Shown in pieces: positions 9,240-18,974 of a stretch of 64,000 nucleotides of DNA. Within the stretch, counting starts at the first letter, position 1, and each line of letters begins with the position of its first letter. Position numbers and translations under genes: made by a program. The notes below the pieces were generated by a model that saw only the letters and a program-made list of their open reading frames with translations, did no database searches and was not told where the DNA came from. The DNA is from Deltaproteobacteria bacterium CG11_big_fil_rev_8_21_14_0_20_42_23 (GTDB lineage: Bacteria; UBA10199; 2-02-FULL-44-16). The DNA lies in NCBI GenBank assembly GCA_002796345.1, contig PCXC01000037.1, forward strand, positions 58,276 through 122,275, given 5' to 3'.

Positions 9240-12200
9240 TTAAGCCACATCTTTGTTTTTCTCTTCTGCATCAACATGCTTTTCGCGGAAGTAAATGAGA
9301 CTGGCGAAGAGAAGTCCGCAAAGCGCAAGTGGTGATATGTCCGCGTTTTCACCGGAACCCAACTGACATCCGAAGTATTTATCTGAGCCACCTGATGATC
9401 CGCCAGAACCTCCACCTACAGAACTGCTTCCTCCAACGGTATATTCGAGACCATCGCCAGAGTAGATGGATCCGCTTTTTACAAGAATGTCGGAACCAAT
9501 ATCAGCTCCACTCACAATACTTACAGAAGAACTTGAGGCAACAGAGACACTTGCTGAAATGTCTTCAGAAATATCAGCAACAACTAAGCTTGATGACAAT
9601 CCTGCCGAGCCATACACAATGTAGAGTGCATTTTCTCCGCCGATGATAATATCGGCAACGCCATCTCCGGTGATGTCACCTATTGCTGATGATCGGCAGA
9701 AGAGAGGATCGCTTACATCATTATTAATAGTAACATCAGCATCATCTAAGCTAAGCGCTACGCTTAATGAGTGTGGTCCATAAACGACGTAGGCTGTTTC
9801 ACTTGTGCAGAGCAGCATGTCTTCTTCGCCGTCGTTGTTCACATCACCAAAGGCAGTGCTTTGCAGTTCACAGTTCGTGCAATCAACCGCTAAGTCTGGA
9901 TCGCTTGTAGAAAGATTGATCGTGCTTCCTGAATCTACAATAGAGTGAGTGAAAATATAAGGGAGTTCTCCAGCTGAAAGTCCGCGGGAATCTGAGTCTG
10001 TGCCGGCATCTCCCGTTGCTGTGCTTGTGAGATTAAGCTGAGCATTTGATGAAGCATTACAATCTCCAAAGTAAATACTATCGGCATCTTCAAGCACAAA
10101 TCCGTTTTGGAATGCTGAACAGGCTGGATAGTCTAAACTTCCAAACACGCTTCCTGATAAATTTGGAGAACTTCCATCCACGAGTTCATAAATATTGATC
10201 ACTCCATTGCTTGAAGCTTCTGGTGCAGAGATATACACATAATCCCCGGCAACATTGGAACCAACGGCGTGGCCAAAGCGATCTCCTGATACAGATCCAC
10301 TTACAGAGCTAAAGTCTGACGGCGTGCTTTTGCGTTCGTTCAGTTCATACGAACCTAAAAGCGTATCGGCCGTTGAGCGTGAAACATAGCATATTCCCTG
10401 CTGCGTTAAAGCTTCTGGAAAGCACACAATCACAAAACCCGCATTGGTGATAGCAATGTTGTAATCAAGAGTTGATGCTGAGCGATTTGGAACAATGATA
10501 GTAAATGCGTTGCCATCATACGTGTAGCTTAAGGTAATACTTCCTGAACCGCGCGCAGTTTCACTAACGCTGTAATTGCTTCCACTTAACACAATTTGCT
10601 CACTTGGAAGAGCACTTGTCACCGCTTGACTGACTTGCACAATGCTTACTGTGTCTGATGCCGTTTCATTATTTTCATCTGTCACCGTGAGCGTCACAAC
10701 ACTTGTTCCCGCTCCAGCTGATGTAAACACTGGCGTTGCGTTTGTAGCACTGCTGAGACTTCCGTCGCCTGAAGTGATTGCCCAACTGTACGTCACACTA
10801 CATCCGGTTGAACTTGCTCCACTTAGCGTTACCGTGTCACTTGTGTTGATCACCACATCACTGCCGGCACTAGCTACAAGTGTAGTGCTACAGGCTTCTT
10901 CCTCTTCTGCAGAAGCTGCATCTGTAATAGTTACCGTTACACTTGAAATCGAAATACCATTGTAGCCGCTATCGGAACTTGTTGCTGTGTTGGTAACTGT
11001 TGCCGAACTTCCACTCGCCTCATCCCATGTTACGGTCACAGTTTGCGGAGTATCCCAATTTGCGGTGCTGAACGTAAGCGTTGTTGGACTTACATTTACA
11101 TCTGTTCCGCCACTTGGCGTTACCGTTACACTTGCGGTTGGTTCTGCGGTTAACACAACGGTGTAGGTATCACTTGTTCCATCAACATCAACACTGGTTG
11201 ATCCACTGCTCTCTGCAATGGTAACGCCTGCAGCATCATTATCCACTACTGTAGCACTCACACTATTCACAGCAACTCCGTCATAGTCTGCATCAACACT
11301 GCTTGCACCATGGCTAATCGTACACGTGTGATTGCCATCATCCAAATCATTATCTGATGACGTCACTGATATGGTTTGCGCTGTATTCCAATTTGCACTG
11401 GTAAACGTTACTGAACTTGGTGACACATCACATGAACTCGCTGGATTTGGCGTTACCACTACGTTTGCCGTTGGCTCACTGGTAAGCACGATGGTGTAGG
11501 TGTCTGCGGTTTCTGACCCTTCCGTTACACTCGTTGCTCCACCTGACTCGGTCACACTTACTCCTGCTGAATCATCGTCGGTAATGTTAACCGTAATGTC
11601 AGTAATACTCGTCGCATTATATCCCGAGTCTGCACTGAGCACTCCGAAGCTTATCGCCGATGTATGCGCGCCCTCTGCAATATCGTCATCTACTGGCGTT
11701 ACCGTCACGGTTTGCGCGGTGTCCCAGTTGAGATTCGTAAACGTTAAGGTGAGAACGTCCACATCACTATCGGCATCGTCTGTAAGGGAAATACTCACAT
11801 TTGCGGTTGGCTGTGAATTCAAGACAACCGTAAACGTATCGGTAGTGCTGCCTTCGGTGACGTTTGTGACACCACCTGATTCAGCTACCGTTATACCAGC
11901 AGTGTCATCATCCGTAATGGTAATGGTTTGCTGTTGGGTACCCGATTCACTTCCGTTGGTCACTCCACTAATATCTAAAATAATCGTTTCGTCACTTTCA
12001 TCGATGCTATCCGTTGATGAGAACACGGTCGTGGTACCCGTTGTACTTCCGGCGCTAATGCTAATGGAATTTGAAAAGAGCGTATAGTCAGTGCCAGAAC
12101 CTGTTGCGGTACCACTTGCAGCCAAGTCAACCGTCACGTCTTTACCTGAAGCAGTGCTTAAGGTTGCAGTTACCGTTGCAAAACCTGCTCCTTCTGAAAT

Positions 12201-15200
12201 GGTTGCACTGCTCACACTCAAGCTTACCGTTGGAGGATCGTCATCATCGGTAATGGTCACCGTTACTTGCTGCGCTCCTGATTCTGTTGCGTTGGTCACA
12301 TCACTCACATCAACGATAACGGTTTCGTTATTTTCATCCAACGTATCTAAGGCAGAACTTATACTCGCCGTGCCCGTTGTGCTTCCTGCTGAAATGGAAA
12401 TAGATGTAGTTGAAAGAGTATAATCTGTTCCCGAACCTGTTGCGGTTCCGCTTGCGGACAAGGTCACCGTTACATCTCGGCCCGAAGCTGCACTTAACGT
12501 GGCGGTAAGCGTTGAACTTCCACTTGTTTCTGAAATGCTCTCGTTATTTACGGCAATGCTCACCGTTGGCGCATCGTCATCATCGGTAATGGTGACGGTG
12601 ATTTGCTGTGTTCCCACTTCTGTTCCGTTGGTCACACTGCTGATATCAACAATCGCCGTTTCATCATCTTCATCTAATGTATCTAAGGCCGAACTGATCG
12701 TAACTGTCCCTGTTGTATTTCCTGCTGAAATGGAAATGGAACTGCCAGAAAGCGTATAGTCAGTGCCTGAACCTGTTGCCGTTCCACTTGCTGATAAGTT
12801 GATCGTCACATCTTGGCCTGATGCATCACTTAACGTTGCCGTTACCGTTGCGCTTCCACTTGTCTCGGAAATGCTAATGTTATCTACCGATAACGTCACG
12901 GATGGTGCATCGTCATCATCTGTAATGGTCACCGTTACTTGCTGTGTTCCAGACTCTGTACCATTCGTCACGCTGCTGATATCAATAATCACCGTCTCGT
13001 CAGTTTCGTCGAGTAAATCTTGTTCTGAAAAAATTGTGGCCGTGCCCGTTGTTTCTCCTGATGAAATCGTAATCGAACTTGATGAAAGCGTGTAGTCTGT
13101 TCCGCTTCCTGTCGCCGTTCCACTTGCAGACAAGTTTACCGTAACATCTCGGCCCGATGCTGCACTTAACGTGGCGGTAATGGTTGAGGTTACTGCACCT
13201 TCTCCTATTGTTGCACTATCTACCGCAATGCTCACCGTTGGAGCGTCGTCATCATCTGTAATGGTCACCGTTACTTGCTGTGTTCCAGACTCTGTACCAT
13301 TCGTCACGCTGCTGATATCAATAATCACGGTTTCATCCGCCTCATCTATTGTATCTAAGGCTGAACTTATACTCGCCGTGCCCGTTGTGTTTCCAGCTGA
13401 AATGGAAATGGAGATAGTTGAAAGCGTATAATCTGTTCCCGAACCTGTCGCTGTTCCGCTTGCGGATAAATTTACCGTTACATCTTGGCCCGAAGCTGCA
13501 CTTAACGTGGCGGTTACGGTTGAACTTCCACTCGTTTCCGAAATACTTGCATTGTTTACCGCAATGCTCACCGTTGGAGCTGCATCATCATCCGTAATGG
13601 TCACCGTTACTTGCTGCGTTCCATCTTCTGTTCCGTTGGTAACGCTATCAACATCAACAATCACTGTTTCGTTCGCTTCATCGGTTGTATCTGTAGCTGC
13701 TGTTATCGTCGCTGTTCCTGTTGTGTTTCCGGCGGTAATGGAAATTGAAGTAGTGGAAAGCGTATAGTCCGCGCCCGAACCGGTTGCGGTTCCGCTTGCT
13801 GAAATGGTTACAGTTGTAGCTAAACCTGAAGCTGCACTTAAAGTTGCGGTTACGGTGGAAACCCCGCCCGTTTCGGAAATGCTGGCATTATCCACGGCAA
13901 TACTCACCGTTGGGGCTGTGTCGTTATCCGTAATATTGACCGTAACATCAGCGATCACAATCGCATTATAATTTCCATCTGCGCTTGATGCTGTATGGCC
14001 CACAGCGCTACTATGATCGCCTTCGTACAGCGTGTCGTTTGTTGCTGTAACCGTTACCGTTTGCGGGGTATCCCAATTTCCTGTGGTGAAGGTTAACGTG
14101 GCCGGACTTGTGGTACATCCACTGTCGGTATCTTCGCAAGCTGGCGTAATCACTACATCGGCCGTTGGCAAAGCATCCAGCACCATCGTGTACGTATCGG
14201 TTGATCCACCTTCGGTGACGTCGGTTGAGGCAACTGACTGAGTAATCGTCACACCTGCAACAGCATCTGTAGCACCATTCACAATCGCCACACTTTTTAA
14301 CTCTGGCGTGTAACTGGTGCTGTCTGATTCTAAAAGTGTTTTATATTGGAAGTATTGGCTCGCAGCACAAGCAGTTAAGCCTGAAATATCAACTGAAGGA
14401 AGCGCAATGGTATTTGTAGTGGATTCTGTAAAGTACGCACTTGTGCTACTATCTGGCCCCATGAAGCTTTCGCCTAAACATGCGCTGTCATTACAACAAC
14501 GAGCTTGAAATTTTTGACGAAGAGCGCCGCGTTTGTACATGTCAAGCACTTCTGTACTAGTGAGCTCTTCATCCCAAATACTCATTTCATCAAGGGTACC
14601 ATTGAAATAAGCGCGTGAAGTTGAAATGTCTTGGTCACCAATGCGTAAAGGAGCAATGGTATCAATCATTTTTGAATAGCTATTATTCGTAGGTGTAATA
14701 TTTGCTGAAGCACCATTGATATAAAAAGTTAATCCGCCTGTTGTTTTACTTCCATCATAGGTAGCACACACATGCTGCCAAGTGCCGGTAACCACTGAAT
14801 TTGTATCCGTTTGCAAACCAAGGTAGGCTGTTCCACCACCATTACTATACAGATAAAACTGAAATTTTTTATTCGTAAGCGTACCAAACTGCCATTCATA
14901 ATATTTTGTGGAACTCACCGTTTTCATTTTAGAAGCCATCATCGCGGTTTGATCAACATCACTATTAAGCCATGTACACACACTAAACGCTGTGTCTGTC
15001 GTACCATCTGTGAATGAAAGCTCTGCCTTGTCACCGCAATCTGCATATGAAGTACTGCCATCAAAATCGATGGCATCGCTTACTTTGCTTTCAGAATGAG
15101 CATAGCTAAGTGCATTTGCAGTACAGTTAAAGTGATTTCCCGAATCATCCCGTAAATCACCCGAGGCTTCATTCATGTGGTAAAGCGCCAAAAGATTGGT

Positions 15201-16271
15201 GGGATCAAAATTACCAGTGGTATATGCACTTTCTGTATTGTTGTCTGCTGTACCAGCTGCAATGCTTGCAACTTCATTAGACGATAAAGCACGAGAAAAA
15301 ATGGCAACATCATCCATACTTCCAGTAATAGGCGTTTTGCCTGAATCTGTACTTCCAAGCATAAGAGGTTGTGTGGTGTCGTAAATGTCTGCTGGTATGG
15401 TACCTCCACAAGAAAGTGTCAGCGCTGTACCATCTCGGTATATTTTCACCTTATCGGTGTTATTCACACCGGATCCATCGTACACAACAGCAAGGTGATA
15501 CCATCTTCCTACCGTAAGATTTGCATCTGTCGTCGAGCAATAGTTCGCACCAGCATCAGATGAACTGCTTGAAGCGAAAAAAACGAGCTCATCGGAAGCT
15601 GATAAGTCTGTACGAAAGAGGATGGAATTGTTTGTTGAGTTCGTAGGATTCCATTTGGTAACAATATTTTTATCTATGGCTAAGCTCGTTTGTTTCATCC
15701 ACAACGACAGAGTAAGCGCAGTACCTTGAGACTCGGTTATATTTCCAAAATCAACTTCATCATCTACACCATCAAAACTAAGAGCAGTGTTATAGACACC
15801 AAGTGATGAATAGGTTACGCCTGTGGCAGTACCATCATAGCCATTTCCAGAGGTATCACCAATCACCCCCGAGCTTTCATTCATCAACGCACGTATTGCC
15901 AAGCCTGTTGTGTCAAAGGAATCGTCTTCAATAATGGGAGTACTTTGACTGCTGGGCAATTCTTTCCCGGCAGGTCTGTTGGGAACCCAAGCAAGTGTAG
16001 ACCACAACACATCGGCTTTAGCATCTTTGATGTCGGAAATGTACGTACCGTCAGTTCCATTTGTAGATTGTTCAACCCAGCTATTCGCAGCATCCCACTG
16101 TACGGCAACATCGTCGTCACCGGTATCGATGTTAAAGGTTCCAGAGCTGTTATCGGTGAGAGTGCTCGCTTGAGCTACAGGAGTATAGATAAGGGACGAC
16201 ATCAGATACGTCATCAGCACAAGATACGTAAATCGATGCTTGCGAAAAAAATGTTGAAACCGACTCAACAT
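9240..16271 (-). CDS. giant secreted surface protein / adhesin: signal peptide, LamG-like lectin domains, ~10 Calx-beta-like repeats, FG-GAP-like repeats, Gly/Ser linker and C-terminal Cys-containing TM sorting-signal-like tail
   Basis: Single 7 kb ORF. Start taken as ATG 16271 (GGGGGGAG 5 nt upstream); the track start at 16295 is a TTG. Signal peptide MLSRFQHFFRKHRFTYLVLMTYLMSSLIYTPVAQA. LamG-type motifs DDVAIFSRALSSNEV and LDEMSIWDEELTSTEV. Six near-identical 112-aa units ending VTVTITDDDD plus four longer Calx-beta-like units. FG-GAP-like GDITGDGVADIIIGGENALYIVYG. C-terminus ...GGGSGGSSGGSDKYFGCQLGSGENADISPLALCGLLFASLIYFREKH. Confidence 0.85.
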   Translation of the reverse strand: MLSRFQHFFRKHRFTYLVLMTYLMSSLIYTPVAQASTLTDNSSGTFNIDTGDDDVAVQWDAANSWVEQSTNGTDGTYISDIKDAKADVLWSTLAWVPNRPAGKELPSSQSTPIIEDDSFDTTGLAIRALMNESSGVIGDTSGNGYDGTATGVTYSSLGVYNTALSFDGVDDEVDFGNITESQGTALTLSLWMKQTSLAIDKNIVTKWNPTNSTNNSILFRTDLSASDELVFFASSSSSDAGANYCSTTDANLTVGRWYHLAVVYDGSGVNNTDKVKIYRDGTALTLSCGGTIPADIYDTTQPLMLGSTDSGKTPITGSMDDVAIFSRALSSNEVASIAAGTADNNTESAYTTGNFDPTNLLALYHMNEASGDLRDDSGNHFNCTANALSYAHSESKVSDAIDFDGSTSYADCGDKAELSFTDGTTDTAFSVCTWLNSDVDQTAMMASKMKTVSSTKYYEWQFGTLTNKKFQFYLYSNGGGTAYLGLQTDTNSVVTGTWQHVCATYDGSKTTGGLTFYINGASANITPTNNSYSKMIDTIAPLRIGDQDISTSRAYFNGTLDEMSIWDEELTSTEVLDMYKRGALRQKFQARCCNDSACLGESFMGPDSSTSAYFTESTTNTIALPSVDISGLTACAASQYFQYKTLLESDSTSYTPELKSVAIVNGATDAVAGVTITQSVASTDVTEGGSTDTYTMVLDALPTADVVITPACEDTDSGCTTSPATLTFTTGNWDTPQTVTVTATNDTLYEGDHSSAVGHTASSADGNYNAIVIADVTVNITDNDTAPTVSIAVDNASISETGGVSTVTATLSAASGLATTVTISASGTATGSGADYTLSTTSISITAGNTTGTATITAATDTTDEANETVIVDVDSVTNGTEDGTQQVTVTITDDDAAPTVSIAVNNASISETSGSSTVTATLSAASGQDVTVNLSASGTATGSGTDYTLSTISISISAGNTTGTASISSALDTIDEADETVIIDISSVTNGTESGTQQVTVTITDDDDAPTVSIAVDSATIGEGAVTSTITATLSAASGRDVTVNLSASGTATGSGTDYTLSSSSITISSGETTGTATIFSEQDLLDETDETVIIDISSVTNGTESGTQQVTVTITDDDDAPSVTLSVDNISISETSGSATVTATLSDASGQDVTINLSASGTATGSGTDYTLSGSSISISAGNTTGTVTISSALDTLDEDDETAIVDISSVTNGTEVGTQQITVTITDDDDAPTVSIAVNNESISETSGSSTLTATLSAASGRDVTVTLSASGTATGSGTDYTLSTTSISISAGSTTGTASISSALDTLDENNETVIVDVSDVTNATESGAQQVTVTITDDDDPPTVSLSVSSATISEGAGFATVTATLSTASGKDVTVDLAASGTATGSGTDYTLFSNSISISAGSTTGTTTVFSSTDSIDESDETIILDISGVTNGSESGTQQQTITITDDDTAGITVAESGGVTNVTEGSTTDTFTVVLNSQPTANVSISLTDDADSDVDVLTLTFTNLNWDTAQTVTVTPVDDDIAEGAHTSAISFGVLSADSGYNATSITDITVNITDDDSAGVSVTESGGATSVTEGSETADTYTIVLTSEPTANVVVTPNPASSCDVSPSSVTFTSANWNTAQTISVTSSDNDLDDGNHTCTISHGASSVDADYDGVAVNSVSATVVDNDAAGVTIAESSGSTSVDVDGTSDTYTVVLTAEPTASVTVTPSGGTDVNVSPTTLTFSTANWDTPQTVTVTWDEASGSSATVTNTATSSDSGYNGISISSVTVTITDAASAEEEEACSTTLVASAGSDVVINTSDTVTLSGASSTGCSVTYSWAITSGDGSLSSATNATPVFTSAGAGTSVVTLTVTDENNETASDTVSIVQVSQAVTSALPSEQIVLSGSNYSVSETARGSGSITLSYTYDGNAFTIIVPNRSASTLDYNIAITNAGFVIVCFPEALTQQGICYVSRSTADTLLGSYELNERKSTPSDFSSVSGSVSGDRFGHAVGSNVAGDYVYISAPEASSNGVINIYELVDGSSPNLSGSVFGSLDYPACSAFQNGFVLEDADSIYFGDCNASSNAQLNLTSTATGDAGTDSDSRGLSAGELPYIFTHSIVDSGSTINLSTSDPDLAVDCTNCELQSTAFGDVNNDGEEDMLLCTSETAYVVYGPHSLSVALSLDDADVTINNDVSDPLFCRSSAIGDITGDGVADIIIGGENALYIVYGSAGLSSSLVVADISEDISASVSVASSSSVSIVSGADIGSDILVKSGSIYSGDGLEYTVGGSSSVGGGSGGSSGGSDKYFGCQLGSGENADISPLALCGLLFASLIYFREKHVDAEEKNKDVA
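11900..13915. repeat. tandem in-frame coding repeats, six units of 336 bp, inside the adhesin gene
   Basis: Antisense + strand ORFs at 12091, 12763, 13171 and 13507 are mutually similar and offset by multiples of 336 nt. The protein shows six ~112-aa APTVSIAV(D/N)NASISET...VTVTITDDDD units. Confidence 0.8.
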
Positions 16272-16523
16272 GAAACTCCCCCCAAATCCCTTCAAAAACT
16301 GTTGTAATGATTGAAAAAAGGATACTCTCTTTTAAGACAAAAAACCACCATTATTTTCTTATTTTGATACTTGTGACAAAAATAGTGTTTTTAAACACTT
16401 ATTATTTTATCATTATGAGAATTAATTGGTAAAACACTGTTTAAAGGGATTGGGAAGGCCTTTTGGGGAAAAGAGGAAGTGGGAGGTTTCTGGGGTGGGG
16501 AGGCATCAACAGTTTTTTTTATT

Positions 16524-16715
16524 TTTGTCATCCTCTGCCTTGAGCAGGCCTGCCGGCAGGCAGGGGATCCAGAATTTTTCTTTTCTAATGCCCTTAGACA
16601 GCACATCACTTGAATTGCTGGATCCCCGCCAAAATCATGCGAGGATGACAAAAAACAAAATTGGCAGAGGAGATTGCTTCACTTCGTTCACAATGACAAT
16701 GAGTTGACTAAATTT
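16524..16715. repeat. nested palindromic repeat element R2 (between adhesin gene start and actF stop)
   Basis: tttgtcatcctctgcc...gcctgccggcaggcaggggatccagaattttt...ttgaattgctggatccccgcc...gcgaggatgacaaaaaac...cttcacttcgttcacaatgacaatgagttgactaaatttc. The tail motif is shared with R3. Confidence 0.65.
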
Positions 16716-16721
16716 CTAGCT

Positions 16722-17900
16722 CTACAGGTGATGGGCGATGCCCTCTTCTAGCCAAGGATCGCCTTTGGCCACAACCGGAATACGGCTTAAGAGTTTTAGG
16801 ACGCAGAGCAAGAAAAGAGAACCAAAGCTTAAGAACATGGCCACTTCTGTCCAGCCAAAAACTGGAGCTTCTTTGAAGAACGTGGGGAAGACTAGCCAGT
16901 ACACGTCAATCCACTGTACCAACAAAAGCCACACCGCCACAAAGAGAAGAACATTTTCTTTTTTCTTCGCCGCTTGAGAAATGAGCATGAAGAAAGGAAT
17001 GATGAATTTAATTATACCAAGTGAGATAGAGAGAGATTTCCAGCCACCGTGAAATCGCTCGATGTAGAAAAATGTTTCTTCCGGCAAGTTGGCATACCAA
17101 ATGAGCATGAACTGTGAAAAGCCGATGTACGCCCAGAAAATCACAAAAGCAAAAAGCAATTTTCCCAAGTCGAACAAATGTCTCTCGTTGATAAAATGTT
17201 GAAGGTAACCAAGTTTGCGCAACACAATGGTGAAAATGGTAAGCGTTGATAAACCCGCAAGAAATAAAATCACCCAACAGTAAATGCCAAAAATGGTACT
17301 AAACCAGTGTGGAGAAAGTGACATCATCAAGTCAAAACTTGCAAAGCTAAAGAGCCATCCAAAAAATAAAATGAATGGCGCAGAAAGATAAGAATTTCTT
17401 TTGCTGAAACGAGGATCGCGTGTTTCATCTTGTTTAAGTGAATGCTTCAACATAAAAAACCCGCAAACACCCACCAACAAAAGCAATGCGAACTGACGAA
17501 TGGTGAAGAATGGTATATTCAAGTACGATTGTTTTGCGCTGAGAATTGCATCGTTCATCACCACATCATGATGCGTCCACTCATAAAGATGATGAACTCC
17601 AAAAAGTAACACCACAAACAAAATCGCCATCACCGGAACAAAAGCTACAAATGATTCTGCGATTCTGCGAATGGGAATGCTCCACTTTGATGCAGTGATA
17701 TACTGAAGTGCAACAATGAATGTTCCCGAAAGACCAATGGCTCCCCAAAAATAATAGTTGGTCAAAAAGTTGGCCCACGCGCGAACGGGATTTGACTGAA
17801 GCATCAACACAAAACTCACAATGCCAAGAACAAACAATGCTGTAAGGATGCCTTTGAATTTGGGAGAGACTTCTAATTTTTTTACAGTTGGTATCATCAT
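16722..17900 (-). CDS. actF: Alternative Complex III subunit ActF (NrfD/PsrC-like polytopic membrane protein)
   Basis: 392 aa, ~10 TM helices. Last gene of the actABCDEF order. Confidence 0.7.
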   Translation of the reverse strand: MMIPTVKKLEVSPKFKGILTALFVLGIVSFVLMLQSNPVRAWANFLTNYYFWGAIGLSGTFIVALQYITASKWSIPIRRIAESFVAFVPVMAILFVVLLFGVHHLYEWTHHDVVMNDAILSAKQSYLNIPFFTIRQFALLLLVGVCGFFMLKHSLKQDETRDPRFSKRNSYLSAPFILFFGWLFSFASFDLMMSLSPHWFSTIFGIYCWVILFLAGLSTLTIFTIVLRKLGYLQHFINERHLFDLGKLLFAFVIFWAYIGFSQFMLIWYANLPEETFFYIERFHGGWKSLSISLGIIKFIIPFFMLISQAAKKKENVLLFVAVWLLLVQWIDVYWLVFPTFFKEAPVFGWTEVAMFLSFGSLFLLCVLKLLSRIPVVAKGDPWLEEGIAHHL

Positions 17901-17914
17901 GGTTTTTTCAGTAT

Positions 17915-18496
17915 TTACTGTTGTTGTTTCAATTTTTTCAAATGCATCTCAAGCCGTTTTACATCGCTTGGTTTTGGATCGTCAGCACGCTGCAATGCGC
18001 GAAGATAGTGAGTTATAGCCCAACGCTCTTCGGGCAAAGTTTGAGAAGCATAACTTGGCATGAGGTTTTGGCCTGTTGAAATCACGTGAAAAATTTCACC
18101 GTCTTCCCACGATTTAATTTTATCCGAAAGTAAAGATGGCGGCCGTGGAAATTTTGGAACAATCGTGCCATCTCCCTCGGCACTGTGTCCATGACAAACA
18201 ACGCAGTAGATTTCGAACGCTTTTTTTCCGCGAGCAAACACTTCAGTGGTGCGAGGCAAAGGATTGTTGAGTGCATTTTTTGCACGCTCACGTTCATCGG
18301 CTGCGTAAGGATAAACATCAACATTGCGCGCAACGGTGCCTTCTACCGCTGTTTGCGGAGCTGCTTCTTGCGCCTTCACAGAAATTTGATCCATCATGTC
18401 TGGCATGTATTCGAATGCTGGTTTATCAGCACTTGAACAAGCCACACAAAGTGAAACAAGTGAAAAACTAATCAAGATGTTTAATTTCTTGTGCAT
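17915..18496 (-). CDS. actE: Alternative Complex III subunit ActE (monoheme cytochrome c, probable lipoprotein)
   Basis: Single CVVCHGH haem motif. Start probably M18 (MHKKLNILISFSLVSLCVAC...) rather than the track start 18547. Overlaps actD 3' end. Confidence 0.7.
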   Translation of the reverse strand: MHKKLNILISFSLVSLCVACSSADKPAFEYMPDMMDQISVKAQEAAPQTAVEGTVARNVDVYPYAADERERAKNALNNPLPRTTEVFARGKKAFEIYCVVCHGHSAEGDGTIVPKFPRPPSLLSDKIKSWEDGEIFHVISTGQNLMPSYASQTLPEERWAITHYLRALQRADDPKPSDVKRLEMHLKKLKQQQ

Positions 18497-18974
18497 TGCA
18501 TTCCTTAAAAACACTGTCGATTTTTTCTTCATGATAATGAACATCACTACTATCTACAAAAAGTGCGAACTGATCATCGGTGATGCGTGGATCAAGTTTT
18601 CGCGTTTTCAATCCGTGGTGAATGATCATCGCCCACAAAATAAGCACTGTCGTGACTCCGCTGAACAAGATAGTAAGCTCAAACGTAACGGGAATAAATG
18701 AAGGCCAGCTAAAGGCCGGCTTTCCACCAATGTTGAGATGCCAGTCAACTGATTGCGTCCAATACTGAAACAAAAGCCCAAGCGATCCGCCAGTGAGGCC
18801 AAAGAAAAGTGCGGAATACGAAATCCAAGAACGCTTAATCCCCATGGCGGCTTCCATTCCGTGAATGGGAAACGGACTAAATGCATCCATCTTTTTGATA
18901 TTGAGATGGCGCAGTCTTTTTGCAGCCACCAAGACTTCATGCGGATCATTGAAAAGAGCTATTTTCCCTTTCAT
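18468..18974 (-). CDS. actD: Alternative Complex III subunit ActD (membrane subunit)
   Basis: 168 aa, two TM helices. ATGA overlap with actC stop. Confidence 0.65.
   Translation of the reverse strand: MKGKIALFNDPHEVLVAAKRLRHLNIKKMDAFSPFPIHGMEAAMGIKRSWISYSALFFGLTGGSLGLLFQYWTQSVDWHLNIGGKPAFSWPSFIPVTFELTILFSGVTTVLILWAMIIHHGLKTRKLDPRITDDQFALFVDSSDVHYHEEKIDSVFKECNAQEIKHLD

Noticed and set aside
9104-9298. 64-aa ORF inside repeat R1 (also the 80-aa ORF at 28981-29223 inside R3)
   Set aside because: Both are read through the palindromic repeat and share the peptide EEILR.TQDDSKV.ELLD only because they share the repeat DNA. Artefacts of the element, not genes.
10642-13767. Series of + strand ORFs (10642, 11500, 12091, 12499, 12763, 13171, 13507) inside the adhesin gene
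   Set aside because: Antisense to the 7-kb adhesin ORF. Their mutual similarity simply mirrors the 336-bp tandem repeats. Not a CRISPR array: the period is too long, it is coding, and there are no unique spacers.
16426-16707. 93-aa + strand ORF spanning repeat R2
   Set aside because: Entirely within the intergenic repeat element. No SD.
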